Positions 1 to 9,127 of a DNA stretch of 64,000 nucleotides are shown piece by piece. A model generated the notes under the pieces. That model made no database searches, was not told the origin of the DNA, and worked only from the letters and a program-made list of their open reading frames with translations. This stretch comes from Bacteroidales bacterium (GTDB lineage Bacteria; Bacteroidota; Bacteroidia; Bacteroidales; WCHB1-69). The stretch is taken from positions 18,503 to 82,502 of the forward strand of contig JAEETJ010000001.1 of NCBI GenBank assembly GCA_016290295.1. Reading direction: 5' to 3'. Made by a program: the position numbers and the translations under genes. How positions within the stretch are numbered: position 1 is the stretch's first letter; every line of letters begins with the position of its first letter.

Positions 1-494
1 ACCTCCTCTGCATGAGAAGGACCACTGATGATAGCCAGATTAGAGGCTGGTATTTTGAACTCGTTCTTGAGATATTCGGTAATCACCTGCATGGTTTCCG
101 GCACAATGCCCTTCACCGCATTGATGATTTTCTTGTTGGCCAATTTGCTCTTCTTCAGCGGCTCCAAAGTCTTGTGCAAGAATGCCGACGGGGTGACAAT
201 AATCACATAATCGGACTTGGCCACCACCTGTCGTAAATCGGTGCTTATTTTTACATCTTTGGGATTGATATAGGCAGAACTGAGGAACAACGGGTTATGA
301 CCGTAGGTGCTGATACCCTCCACAATCTCATCTTCACGCACCCACCAATGAATATGCTCCAGGTTAGCCGACAATATTTTCACAATAGCGGTTGCCCAAC
401 TGCCACCGCCAATTACAGCCACTCTGTAACGCATTCTCGTTTTTTTCTTGCGTGCCGGAATCATCACTTCCGAAAACATATCCACTAATTCCAT
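1..494 (-). CDS. gpsA: NAD(P)H-dependent glycerol-3-phosphate dehydrogenase (5' part; runs off the window edge)
   Basis: Manual minus-strand translation gives ...MRYRVAVIGGGSWATAIVKIL...AVKGI...IISGPSHAEE, with the GxGxW dinucleotide motif and SGPSHAEE motif. Start is 494 or 434 (same frame). Missing from the ORF track because it has no stop in the window. Confidence 0.9.
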   Translation of the reverse strand, partial: MELVDMFSEVMIPARKKKTRMRYRVAVIGGGSWATAIVKILSANLEHIHWWVREDEIVEGISTYGHNPLFLSSAYINPKDVKISTDLRQVVAKSDYVIIVTPSAFLHKTLEPLKKSKLANKKIINAVKGIVPETMQVITEYLKNEFKIPASNLAIISGPSHAEE

Positions 495-525
495 CTGCTT
501 TTGATTTTAACATTTTTTAAGTGTG

Positions 526-613
526 CAAAAATACGAAAAAAAATTCATATCTGCCCCAAAAAAAGAGTCAGCAATTAAACAATTCAACAATTAAACAAAA
601 AATATTACTTTTG
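526..613. promoter_or_regulatory. Divergent Bacteroidota sigma-A -7 elements: TATTTTTG (minus, 526-533, for gpsA) and TACTTTTG (plus, 606-613, for the addB-like gene)
   Basis: Both match the TAnnTTTG consensus in an AT-rich gap just upstream of the start codons. Confidence 0.65.
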
Positions 614-632
614 CAGAATAAATGTTCGAACC

Positions 633-3600
633 ATGACCTTCCTCCAGCAACTGGCCCAAACGATTCTGCAACGCGATGATATCGCGCTGAAAGACACGCT
701 GATAGTCCTTCCGAACAAGAGGGCCAGAAGGATGTTGCAGAAAGAACTGGCCACATCTCTCTCCCAACCCTGCTTCTCCCCCACCATCTTCTCTATCGAC
801 GAATTTATCCACAAACTGTCGGATTACACCCTCTGCGATGACATTGAGCTGCTGCATACCTTGTTCAAAGCCTACCGCCAATTTGAGCACGCACGCGAAG
901 AAAAACTGGCTTCTTTCCTCTCCTGGGCAGAGACTTTTATCCATGACATCAGCGAGATAGACATGCAATTAGCCGACGCTTCCAAAATTTTCGGGAACCT
1001 GTCAGATATCAAAGAGCTGGAGACTGTTTTCGGCCGTGAAAAGCTTACCGCAAATCAACAACGCTACCTGCAATTCTATGCCACGCTATACCATCTATAC
1101 AGTCAATTTAACAGTTTTTTAGACGAAGATAAGTTGGCTTACGAGGGAAAAATATACAAAGACACGGCGGAAAACATCATCCGCTACGCCCAGAAATTCA
1201 ATTTCAAAAGATATATCTTTGCCGGCTTCCAGACACTCTCCCCTTCCGAAATGGAAATCGTGCAGTACTATCATCAGGAGCATCAGGCGGAACTGTATTT
1301 CGATATTGATGAATTCTATCGTAAAAATTATACTCCCTTTATCAGCATTCTTCAGAATAAATTAAAGATCAAAGAATTAGAATGGATTCACACTGACTAT
1401 GCCAGCATCCCCAAACAAATTAATATCGTGGGTGCTTCTAAGTCGATGAACCAGATTCTGTATGCCATCGAACAGCTGAACCGCATTGAACAGGAGGAAG
1501 GCAGCCTCAACAATACCGTGCTGGTCTTCGCCGACGAGAAACTACTCACTCCCTTCATCCACTGCTACGACTGCGGCAAAGCGAACCTCACCATGGGTTA
1601 CCCGCTGAATGCCACCCCCGCCTACGCTCTGCTATCTGTCTTGTTGGAGACCGCACGAAACAGCCAGCGTTTCCAAAACATGCAACAGGGCGAATTCCTG
1701 TATTACCATAGAGATGTCTTCAGCTTCTTCAGGAATCCATTGGTGGTCAATTATTTATTTCCTGACAAAAATGTCCATGAGCAATTTCTGAAAGAACTTA
1801 TAGCTCTCAACAGTATCTTCTTCACACCTCAGGCCTTGGACTTCTGCGGATATTCATACCCTAATCTGTCGGGCACTCCCGTAGAGATACTGAAAGAAAT
1901 CCAAAGTTTTCTATCGCTGCTGTCCACACAAACCGCCGACGACAAAGCCAAGCACTTCGACCACTACTGCCTCAGCCTTTTATGCGACAATTTGCAACAG
2001 GCACTGAACCACATTCAGGAGTTCGACCCCAAGCTCATCGATTTGGAATCTTCCATTTTCATTCTCAACAAGCTGATCCAACGCATTTCTATACCCCTAA
2101 AAGGCAGTCCCTCAGAAGGTTTGCAAATCATGGGACTATTGGAAACGCGTGCCTTGGACTTCAAGAACATCATCATGTTGTCGGTCAACGAGGGAACCCT
2201 GCCGGCAGGCCGGAGTAGCAACTCACTCATCCTGCATGAGGTCAAGAAATACTTCAACCTGCCCACCTATCAAGAAAAAGACACAGTTTACGGCTACCAC
2301 TTCTTCCGCCTGTTACAACGAGCCGAACAAATTCACTTGATATACGATAACGATTCAACCAACTCGCTGGCCGAAAAAAGCCGCTTCCTCAACCAACTCG
2401 ACTTCGAAGTTAAATCACAGGAAATCAACAACATAAATATCAAGGAATTGGTACTGCCCACTTTAGTAAACACTGAACGTAATTCAACGGAAATCAGCAT
2501 CACAAAGAACGAGACCATCCTTCAGCAGCTAAAGAAAAAAGAATACTCTTATACCCACTTGAACGACTACCTCAACTGCCCGCTGCAATTCTATCTCAAA
2601 CACATCGCCGAAATCAAACCCGCCGATGACATTTCCGAAAGTGTGGAGCAAAAACTGATTGGTGACGCCATACATCACTTGATGGACGATATCGGTCAAG
2701 CACTGATTGCCCAACCGACAGCCTATCCGCAAATCATCGAGAACGCCCTGAAAAACATTGATACCCAGGTCGAAGCGGCTATGAAGAAAGCTATATTAGA
2801 GGACAAGAATCAGGGGAAAGAGGGTACAATGCACAATGCACAATGTACAATGAACAATGCAGATAATCTGTCAACAGAAACCTGTAACCAGAAAACCGAG
2901 GATTGTCAACTGTCAACTGTCAACTCAAAAGTACATGTTGATTTAACTCACGGCAAAAGCTACTTGGCCACCGAAGTCGTCAAGAAAGCCATCACCACCT
3001 ATCTGAAGAGTTTGAAGACTGATTTTGAAAAAGCCGAAAAGGAACAATATAGCTTCAAAATTATTGCCACAGAGCAAAAGATGAACTGTACTATTGACGT
3101 TGACCAGAACCCTATACAGCTGAAAGGCTATGCCGACCGCATCGACCAACGAAATGGCATTGTCATACTGTTAGACTATAAAACCGGCTACGTGGATGAT
3201 AATGGTCTGAGTTACGAGAAATTCGACGATATTTTCACTGGCACCGAGCACAAACAATTGTTGCAGTTGCTGATGTATGCCTACCTCTATAATAGGGATC
3301 AGGTAGAAGGTAGCAGGTATCAGGGAATGGATGGGGAAATTCAGAATTCAGAATTCAAAATTCAAAATTCAAACAATCTATCCTCTGAAAACTGTAAACT
3401 GATAACTGATAACTGTCAATTGTCAACTGTCAATTGTCAACTGTCAACTGAGACCTCTCAACCCTCTACAACCAACTCTCAACTGCTACCTGCTACCTGC
3501 GACCTGCCACCTAAAACCTACGCTTGTGGTATTATCAGTTTCCAGCGGCTGTACCAGAAAATTCCGCATGAGCTGTACCCTACTTTTCTGGCACCGGAGG

Positions 3601-3917
3601 ACAATAATCAGGAAACAGGGGACAGTGGTCAGGGGACAGATGATGGAATGCACAATGAACAATGCACAATGCACAATGCTGATAATCTGTCAACTGAAAC
3701 CTGTAACCTGAAACCTGACAACTGTCAACTGTCAACTTTCAACTCGGATCATCTCATCACACCAGAAATACTGCAACTTTTCGAAAAACACCTCATCAAC
3801 CTGCTGCGTGACATCATCAATCCTAAAAAATCTTTCTGTCAGACCGATGATGTGAAGCACTGCACCTATTGCGACTATTCCGCCATCTGCAAAAGGCAAC
3901 ACACAAAGGATGAGTAG
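633..3917 (+). CDS. AddB-like PD-(D/E)XK nuclease (inactive helicase-like N-terminus, Fe-S staple nuclease C-terminus) with repeat-derived insertions
   Basis: N-terminal IVLPNKRA and QIMGLLETRALDF motifs. Nuclease domain YSYTHLNDYLNCPLQFYL...LKGYADRID...LLDYKTG...QLLMYA, with C-terminal CTYCDYSAIC. Confidence 0.85.
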   Translation: MTFLQQLAQTILQRDDIALKDTLIVLPNKRARRMLQKELATSLSQPCFSPTIFSIDEFIHKLSDYTLCDDIELLHTLFKAYRQFEHAREEKLASFLSWAETFIHDISEIDMQLADASKIFGNLSDIKELETVFGREKLTANQQRYLQFYATLYHLYSQFNSFLDEDKLAYEGKIYKDTAENIIRYAQKFNFKRYIFAGFQTLSPSEMEIVQYYHQEHQAELYFDIDEFYRKNYTPFISILQNKLKIKELEWIHTDYASIPKQINIVGASKSMNQILYAIEQLNRIEQEEGSLNNTVLVFADEKLLTPFIHCYDCGKANLTMGYPLNATPAYALLSVLLETARNSQRFQNMQQGEFLYYHRDVFSFFRNPLVVNYLFPDKNVHEQFLKELIALNSIFFTPQALDFCGYSYPNLSGTPVEILKEIQSFLSLLSTQTADDKAKHFDHYCLSLLCDNLQQALNHIQEFDPKLIDLESSIFILNKLIQRISIPLKGSPSEGLQIMGLLETRALDFKNIIMLSVNEGTLPAGRSSNSLILHEVKKYFNLPTYQEKDTVYGYHFFRLLQRAEQIHLIYDNDSTNSLAEKSRFLNQLDFEVKSQEINNINIKELVLPTLVNTERNSTEISITKNETILQQLKKKEYSYTHLNDYLNCPLQFYLKHIAEIKPADDISESVEQKLIGDAIHHLMDDIGQALIAQPTAYPQIIENALKNIDTQVEAAMKKAILEDKNQGKEGTMHNAQCTMNNADNLSTETCNQKTEDCQLSTVNSKVHVDLTHGKSYLATEVVKKAITTYLKSLKTDFEKAEKEQYSFKIIATEQKMNCTIDVDQNPIQLKGYADRIDQRNGIVILLDYKTGYVDDNGLSYEKFDDIFTGTEHKQLLQLLMYAYLYNRDQVEGSRYQGMDGEIQNSEFKIQNSNNLSSENCKLITDNCQLSTVNCQLSTETSQPSTTNSQLLPATCDLPPKTYACGIISFQRLYQKIPHELYPTFLAPEDNNQETGDSGQGTDDGMHNEQCTMHNADNLSTETCNLKPDNCQLSTFNSDHLITPEILQLFEKHLINLLRDIINPKKSFCQTDDVKHCTYCDYSAICKRQHTKDE
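2808..2926 (+). repeat. In-frame heptamer-repeat insertion 1 in the addB-like gene
   Basis: (AATGCAC/AATGTAC/AATGAAC)n and (TGTCAAC)n, encoding MHNAQCTMNNADNLSTETCNQKTEDCQLSTVNS. Confidence 0.85.
3294..3512 (+). repeat. In-frame heptamer-repeat insertion 2 in the addB-like gene
   Basis: (CAGGTAG)n ... (AATTCAG/AATTCAA)n ... (TGATAAC/TGTCAAT)n ... (CTACCTG)n. The first and last blocks are reverse complements. Confidence 0.85.
3606..3745 (+). repeat. In-frame heptamer-repeat insertion 3 in the addB-like gene (near-copy of insertion 1)
   Basis: (CAGGGGA)n, (AATGCAC)n, (CTGAAAC/CTGTAAC)n, (TGTCAAC)n, encoding MHNEQCTMHNADNLSTETCNLKPDNCQLSTFNS. Confidence 0.85.
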
Positions 3918-3941
3918 AGACGTTTCCTGAAACGACTCTAC
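3914..3941. repeat. GTAG-family REP-like palindrome overlapping the addB-like stop codon
   Basis: GTAGAGACGTTTCCTGAAACGACTCTAC is an imperfect inverted repeat with GTAG...CTAC ends. Confidence 0.65.
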
Positions 3942-3986
3942 AAGATTCGTCCACTTTCTGCATTTCTTAATTTTAAAATTAAAACG

Positions 3987-4766
3987 ATGAAATCCTTTTT
4001 CAGATTCACCGCCGGTGAATGGGCGGCATCTGCATTGATGGGTATGCTCATCATCGCAGGCATTTTGTTTTATTTCCTTTACGAAAATTCAGCTGTGGCG
4101 CACACCGATTACACGGAATACAAAGAGCTATTCACCCAGTTCGAGCAGGAGCAGCAACGACTGGCAGATTCGGCGGAAGCCGCGCGGAAAGCGAAGTATC
4201 ATAAGCGGTGGGGAACGGATGGGGGTTCCGCCAGCTCCGCTGGCGGAATGGTGGGAACGAAGGGCAAGGGTACCAGCTATTACACTGACGGGAAGGACAT
4301 GCGGTGGAACCGCAACCCCAGCATAGGAGACAGTTTGAAGAAACAGCCTCAGAAACCGCAATATGCCATTGTGAAAGTGGAACTGAACCGTGCTGATACC
4401 AGCGACATCATGCGCATACCCGGCTTTGGCAGTAAGCGGGCGCAGAAAATTGTGGAATACCGTGACAAGTTGGGCGGTTTCTACAGTCTGGCGCAGCTGA
4501 AGGAAATCTACATTCTGCAGAACATCAAGCTGGAATACGTGGAGAAATATTTCACTGCCGACCGCCAACTGATCCGCAAAATCAACATCAACCAGTGTGA
4601 CTACAAGACCTTGATTGCCCACCCCTACTTTGACAGCTATCTCACCAAAACCATCCTCAACTACCGTCAAAAAAACGGTCCCATCCGCGACATGGCACAC
4701 CTCCGCGACATCACCCACATCTACGCCGAACTGGAAGAAAAACTGGTGTGGTACGTGGAGTTTTAG
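3987..4766 (+). CDS. ComEA-like helix-hairpin-helix DNA-binding protein, membrane anchored
   Basis: N-terminal transmembrane helix, then two HhH modules: VELNRADTSDIMRIPGFGSKRAQKIVEYRDKLGGF and ININQCD...HPY. Confidence 0.8.
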   Translation: MKSFFRFTAGEWAASALMGMLIIAGILFYFLYENSAVAHTDYTEYKELFTQFEQEQQRLADSAEAARKAKYHKRWGTDGGSASSAGGMVGTKGKGTSYYTDGKDMRWNRNPSIGDSLKKQPQKPQYAIVKVELNRADTSDIMRIPGFGSKRAQKIVEYRDKLGGFYSLAQLKEIYILQNIKLEYVEKYFTADRQLIRKININQCDYKTLIAHPYFDSYLTKTILNYRQKNGPIRDMAHLRDITHIYAELEEKLVWYVEF

Positions 4767-4805
4767 ATATCTAAAAGATAGTTTGAAAATAAAAAAAGTA
4801 ATTAT

Positions 4806-4862
4806 GGTTTATATTTGAACTTTTATTTGTATTTTTGCAGCATTAAAGTTTAATAATAAACT
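4806..4862 (+). promoter_or_regulatory. hipBA promoter (-7 box TATTTTTG at 4830-4837) flanked by two candidate operators
   Basis: Related 16-bp inverted repeats GGTTTA-TATT-TGAACT (4806-4821) and AGTTTA-ATAA-TAAACT (4847-4862) bracket the TAnnTTTG box. Confidence 0.55.
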
Positions 4863-4865
4863 GTT

Positions 4866-5213
4866 ATGGACAATATATATATGCTAGCAGATATAGTCAT
4901 TCTTTCAAAGATTGGAAGCCGACTGAAACAAGCCAGGCTTAAACAGAACATCACTCAACAGAGTCTTTCCGAATCTTCTGGAGTATCACTATCGTCTATT
5001 AAAAAGATAGAGAAGGGTGAGATTGGATCTTTCGATTCGCTATTGAGATTATTGCGTACATTAGGACTACTTGATGTATTGCTGCCATTGGTAGAAGAAG
5101 AACAAATGAGTCCAAATGATTACTATGAGTTGATGCATTCGATCAAAATCAAAACAAGGAAGCGTGCAGCCAGAAAACTTCACCAAAAAGAAAAGGAGAA
5201 TTCAACATGGTAG
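4866..5213 (+). CDS. XRE-family HTH antitoxin/regulator (HipB-like)
   Basis: RLKQARLKQNITQQSLSESSGVSLSSIKKIEKG HTH motif. Overlaps the start of the hipA-like gene. Confidence 0.85.
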   Translation: MDNIYMLADIVILSKIGSRLKQARLKQNITQQSLSESSGVSLSSIKKIEKGEIGSFDSLLRLLRTLGLLDVLLPLVEEEQMSPNDYYELMHSIKIKTRKRAARKLHQKEKENSTW

Positions 5214-6487
5214 ATGTAGCAAAAGTTAGTATGTTTGGCATTCCTGTCGGCACATTCCGCTGGGATGAGCGATATGACCTTGCCAGATTTGAATACGATA
5301 CACGTTTCGTTGGATACGGTCTGGAACCATCACCTCTTATGATGCCCGTACAAGAAGGACGCATATATTCCTTTGCAGGATTAGACAAAGAAACATTCAA
5401 AGGCTTGCCAGGGATGCTGGCCGACTCACTTCCAGACACATACGGACGTGCTCTTTTCGACAAATGGTTGGCCCTAACAGGACGTACAAGCAGTAACCCT
5501 ATCGAAACATTATGTTTCTTGGGTAAACGATGTATGGGAGCTCTGGAGTTTGAGCCCGCATTAGACATTCCCTACAACACCAATATGAGATTTGAAATTG
5601 ATTCTCTCGTAAACGTAGCGAGTGAAGCTTTGGCAGAGAAATCTTCTTTGGATGTAAATCTCAATGATGATAAAAAAACTGCCATAGCTGAAATCATAAG
5701 ACTAGGAACTTCTGCAGGAGGACAACGAGCCAAGGCCATCATTGCCTATAATAAAGAGACGGGAGAAGTGCGGTCCGGACAAGTAGAAGCACCCGAAGGA
5801 TTTAACTACTATCTAATCAAGTTGGATGGTGTATCATCCATAGCAGGTTTTCGTGAAACAGGCAACTATGGTCGGCTGGAATATTCTTTCTACAAACTCG
5901 CAAAGGCCTGTGGAATCAACATGACTGAGTGCTCACTGATTGAAGAAAATGGGAGGGCACACTTTCTTACCAAACGTTTTGACCGCAAAAAGGGTAGAAA
6001 GGTTCACATGCAAACGTTATGCGGAATTGCCCATTATGATTATAGGATACATCGTGCTTACTCTTACGAGCAGGCATTCAACGTAATGAGAGCTCTGCGA
6101 CTGCCTTATTCGTCAGCACAGGAAATGTTCCGACGTATGGTATTCAATGTAGTGGTGCGCAACCAAGATGATCACACCAAGAACATATCATTCCTTATGG
6201 AAGAAGATGGGAAATGGAGCCTTTCTCCAGCATACGATATGGGATATTCTTACAATCCCAAGGGAGGTTGGACAGCCGCACACCAAATGTCAATTAACGG
6301 GAAATTCGACGAAATTACACGTAACGATTTGCTCTCCTTTGCCCACCAAAACAACATTAAGGAAGCTTCATCAATAATTGATGAGATATGCGAGACATCC
6401 TCTCACTGGAAAGAATTAGCGAAAGAATGCGGTGTGCCAACTGAAAAGGCACAAATTATTGCATCCAACATGTTATTACGCTTGTAA
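5207..6487 (+). CDS. hipA: HipA-family Ser/Thr kinase toxin
   Basis: N-terminal HipA-coupling domain (DSLPDTYG), P-loop GTSAGGQRAK, KRFDR, NQDDHTKNISF and LSPAYD motifs. Confidence 0.92.
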   Translation: MVDVAKVSMFGIPVGTFRWDERYDLARFEYDTRFVGYGLEPSPLMMPVQEGRIYSFAGLDKETFKGLPGMLADSLPDTYGRALFDKWLALTGRTSSNPIETLCFLGKRCMGALEFEPALDIPYNTNMRFEIDSLVNVASEALAEKSSLDVNLNDDKKTAIAEIIRLGTSAGGQRAKAIIAYNKETGEVRSGQVEAPEGFNYYLIKLDGVSSIAGFRETGNYGRLEYSFYKLAKACGINMTECSLIEENGRAHFLTKRFDRKKGRKVHMQTLCGIAHYDYRIHRAYSYEQAFNVMRALRLPYSSAQEMFRRMVFNVVVRNQDDHTKNISFLMEEDGKWSLSPAYDMGYSYNPKGGWTAAHQMSINGKFDEITRNDLLSFAHQNNIKEASSIIDEICETSSHWKELAKECGVPTEKAQIIASNMLLRL

Positions 6488-6495
6488 TTCACAAA

Positions 6496-9063
6496 CTACA
6501 GCACCGTAATACTTCCGGTCAGCTGATACGGGATACCTCTTGAGTCTGTGAAAGTAATCATGTAAGTATATATAACCTGGCGAATAATCCTACCTTTGAT
6601 TTCTCCATTCCACTTAAAATCCTTGTCCTTGGAGTAATAGACCAACTCGCCCCAACGGCTGTATATGCGGATTTCAAAGTCCTCAATCATGGGCTTGTAT
6701 TGGTCATGAATACAGAAGTAATCATTTATTCCGTCACCTAGTCCAGGCGTGATGGCATTGGGCAGATACACATTCAGTTCGCAAGCCTCTATCTGATAAG
6801 ACACCGATACCGAACACTGTCCCTCTGAGGCTGTCACAGTATAAACACCTGGCCGTGTCACCGTAATCGTCTGAGAGGTTTCTCCAGTGCTCCACATATA
6901 GTTCTGCAAATGGGACTCCACAGACAATTCCGCAACATATTCCTTACAGAAATCATCCGTCAGTGACACAATACTGATAGCATCATCCACTATAGTCAAG
7001 TGCAAGTTCACCACACTATCACAACCGCCCTGACTCTGCAACTGCTGCGTCAAATCCAATTCAGTCAAACCCTGTGTCTGTGCAGATGACACCACAAAGC
7101 CGTTTTGATTATAACTTTCTCCCTCACATATTTTATCGTTCAAGTCCTGTTCATACATAGGATTTACAGTCAGGTGAAGGACAACCACACTATCACAGCC
7201 CCCAACAGTTGTAAATTGGAAGTTGGCAGTGGAGAACTGGGGAGTCGTCACATCAAATACAGTGTCATTATAGGTATAGGGGAGCTCGTTTCTGCATATC
7301 ATCAGCTGCTCTTCAGTATAAGTTGAAGGCTGAACCGCCAACAACAGGGTCACCATACTGTCGCAGCCGCTTTCCGTCTGTAAATGAACAAGACTGGTAA
7401 TCGTTCCCGGTGAAGCAGTAGCCTCAGCCGAGATATTGAAGCCGTTCCCCTGATAGGGATAACCCTGACATACGGAAGCTGTTATCGTGTCAGAGTAGTT
7501 TTGCAGCACATTAACTGTCACTATATTGCTATATACTGTACCACATGCGGTACTAATCCAAGCCCTGCGAAGCGAGATAGGGGCATTCACCGCATTCGGG
7601 TAAGTGTAGTTTCGGGTATTGTTGGGGATCGGAGCGGGTATCCAGTTGCTTCCGTCAGTCGACACTTGCCATTGGTAAGTACTGCTGGCTCCACCCGTTG
7701 CCAATGTGCCTGTAAAGGCCGAAGACTGGTGACCCGCACACACCGACTGATTGTTGGCTATAACGCCTGGAACCATGCTGTCGTTCAGATGGGTCAATGT
7801 GACGCTATTTAATACCTGGCAACCCAGTGCATCCTCCACATACAAGTAGTACACGCCCGCAGGCTGGTTGCTCAGCTGTGCGACTGACGACACTGTAGTG
7901 CCCGCTGCATTCTCCCAGTGGCAGCTGTATGGCTGAACACCGTCGCTCACAAAAACGCTCACACCACCAGTAGAAGCGCCGTAACAATTGATACTCGTAA
8001 TATTCTGTATCGTTACTGCGGGAGCACTCACATGCAACTGGTAGGTAATCACGTGATCACATCCATCCGCATTCAAAACAGTGTCGTTATAAGAATCTGC
8101 CTGCGTATAAACATGATTATGCCATGTATAAGGCAATGATGCAACACATACCACAGTGTCAATCGTAATGCTCGTTGCATGATTAATGGTTAAATGCAAC
8201 GTATCCACCCCACATACGCCATCATTTGAATGGCTATATAGATAAGTACCGTCCTCAGTATAGGTGGAATCGTGCCAAGTATAACTTTCACAAGCAGTGA
8301 CCGTACTTGTCGATGTCACTGGTGAATTCACCACAATAGAATATTCTTCTGCATCGTTATGTCCTCCTGCAATAGATACGGCAACAGTATAGTTGGTAGT
8401 CTCTGAGGGTGCTACCGTAATGCTTGCTGTAGTGTCACCCGTACTCCAATGAAAACTCATATCTGGTTCTTTTTGGTATGTAAAATTGCGAACAGCACGC
8501 ACATACCATGCGGCAGTTTTCGGATAACTTTCAAACGAGCCAGAACCATACATAGTACCAAAATTCAATCTCCACGCATTGGAAGCATCTTTTTCCGCAC
8601 TGCTCCAATACCAGTCATTTACCAGGTTGGTTCCTCCTGCCGCCACAATAGCCGAAGAGATAAAAGCTCGTTGCCCGTGCAGCATACTGAGTTGTGCAGG
8701 CGAAGGCAATACCCAACCATGAGCGAAATCCACCTGACCAGCCGCATACGTAGGATCGTTATTTTGAAAATTTCTCAAGGCTAGTGTGTTGGCATATCCT
8801 GCTGTATCATACAGCAGCTGCTGAAGATATATAGGGTTTTGATTGGGCAGTCCCGGCACATCAGGATTAAGGGCTGGCCCCCACCAACATCTCCCAACAT
8901 CTGTCAACGCCACCACCCAACCTCCACTACCGTCAGGGTGCAAGTAATAAACAATCCCCCTGCTACCGTCGGGTGCTGTATATACATCTCCAACACGATA
9001 GGTTTGTGCAAAAACCACCGTACAGCAACTTAACAGCAACAATAGGAGTATGCTTTTTCTCAT
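6496..9063 (-). CDS. Secreted surface protein: DUF1566/Lcl (C-type-lectin-like) domain, SprB-like repeat, T9SS type-B (gliding-motility) C-terminal domain
   Basis: Signal peptide; WVLPSPAQL...WYWSS...VRAVRNF; GCDS repeats; C-terminal YLPNAITP..DGINDYF..IYSRWGELVY..WNG..GSITVL. Confidence 0.82.
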   Translation of the reverse strand: MRKSILLLLLLSCCTVVFAQTYRVGDVYTAPDGSRGIVYYLHPDGSGGWVVALTDVGRCWWGPALNPDVPGLPNQNPIYLQQLLYDTAGYANTLALRNFQNNDPTYAAGQVDFAHGWVLPSPAQLSMLHGQRAFISSAIVAAGGTNLVNDWYWSSAEKDASNAWRLNFGTMYGSGSFESYPKTAAWYVRAVRNFTYQKEPDMSFHWSTGDTTASITVAPSETTNYTVAVSIAGGHNDAEEYSIVVNSPVTSTSTVTACESYTWHDSTYTEDGTYLYSHSNDGVCGVDTLHLTINHATSITIDTVVCVASLPYTWHNHVYTQADSYNDTVLNADGCDHVITYQLHVSAPAVTIQNITSINCYGASTGGVSVFVSDGVQPYSCHWENAAGTTVSSVAQLSNQPAGVYYLYVEDALGCQVLNSVTLTHLNDSMVPGVIANNQSVCAGHQSSAFTGTLATGGASSTYQWQVSTDGSNWIPAPIPNNTRNYTYPNAVNAPISLRRAWISTACGTVYSNIVTVNVLQNYSDTITASVCQGYPYQGNGFNISAEATASPGTITSLVHLQTESGCDSMVTLLLAVQPSTYTEEQLMICRNELPYTYNDTVFDVTTPQFSTANFQFTTVGGCDSVVVLHLTVNPMYEQDLNDKICEGESYNQNGFVVSSAQTQGLTELDLTQQLQSQGGCDSVVNLHLTIVDDAISIVSLTDDFCKEYVAELSVESHLQNYMWSTGETSQTITVTRPGVYTVTASEGQCSVSVSYQIEACELNVYLPNAITPGLGDGINDYFCIHDQYKPMIEDFEIRIYSRWGELVYYSKDKDFKWNGEIKGRIIRQVIYTYMITFTDSRGIPYQLTGSITVL

Positions 9064-9127
9064 TTATTATCGTTAGTATTTGTTTTTTCTTTTAATCATA
9101 TGTTTAGTAGTCAACTATTTCATTTAC

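Noticed and set aside
633-3917. Inteins or a Cas4 gene in the nuclease
   Set aside because: The insertions lack intein terminal motifs and are simple-repeat derived. The protein has the full AddB-like N-terminal region and no CRISPR context.
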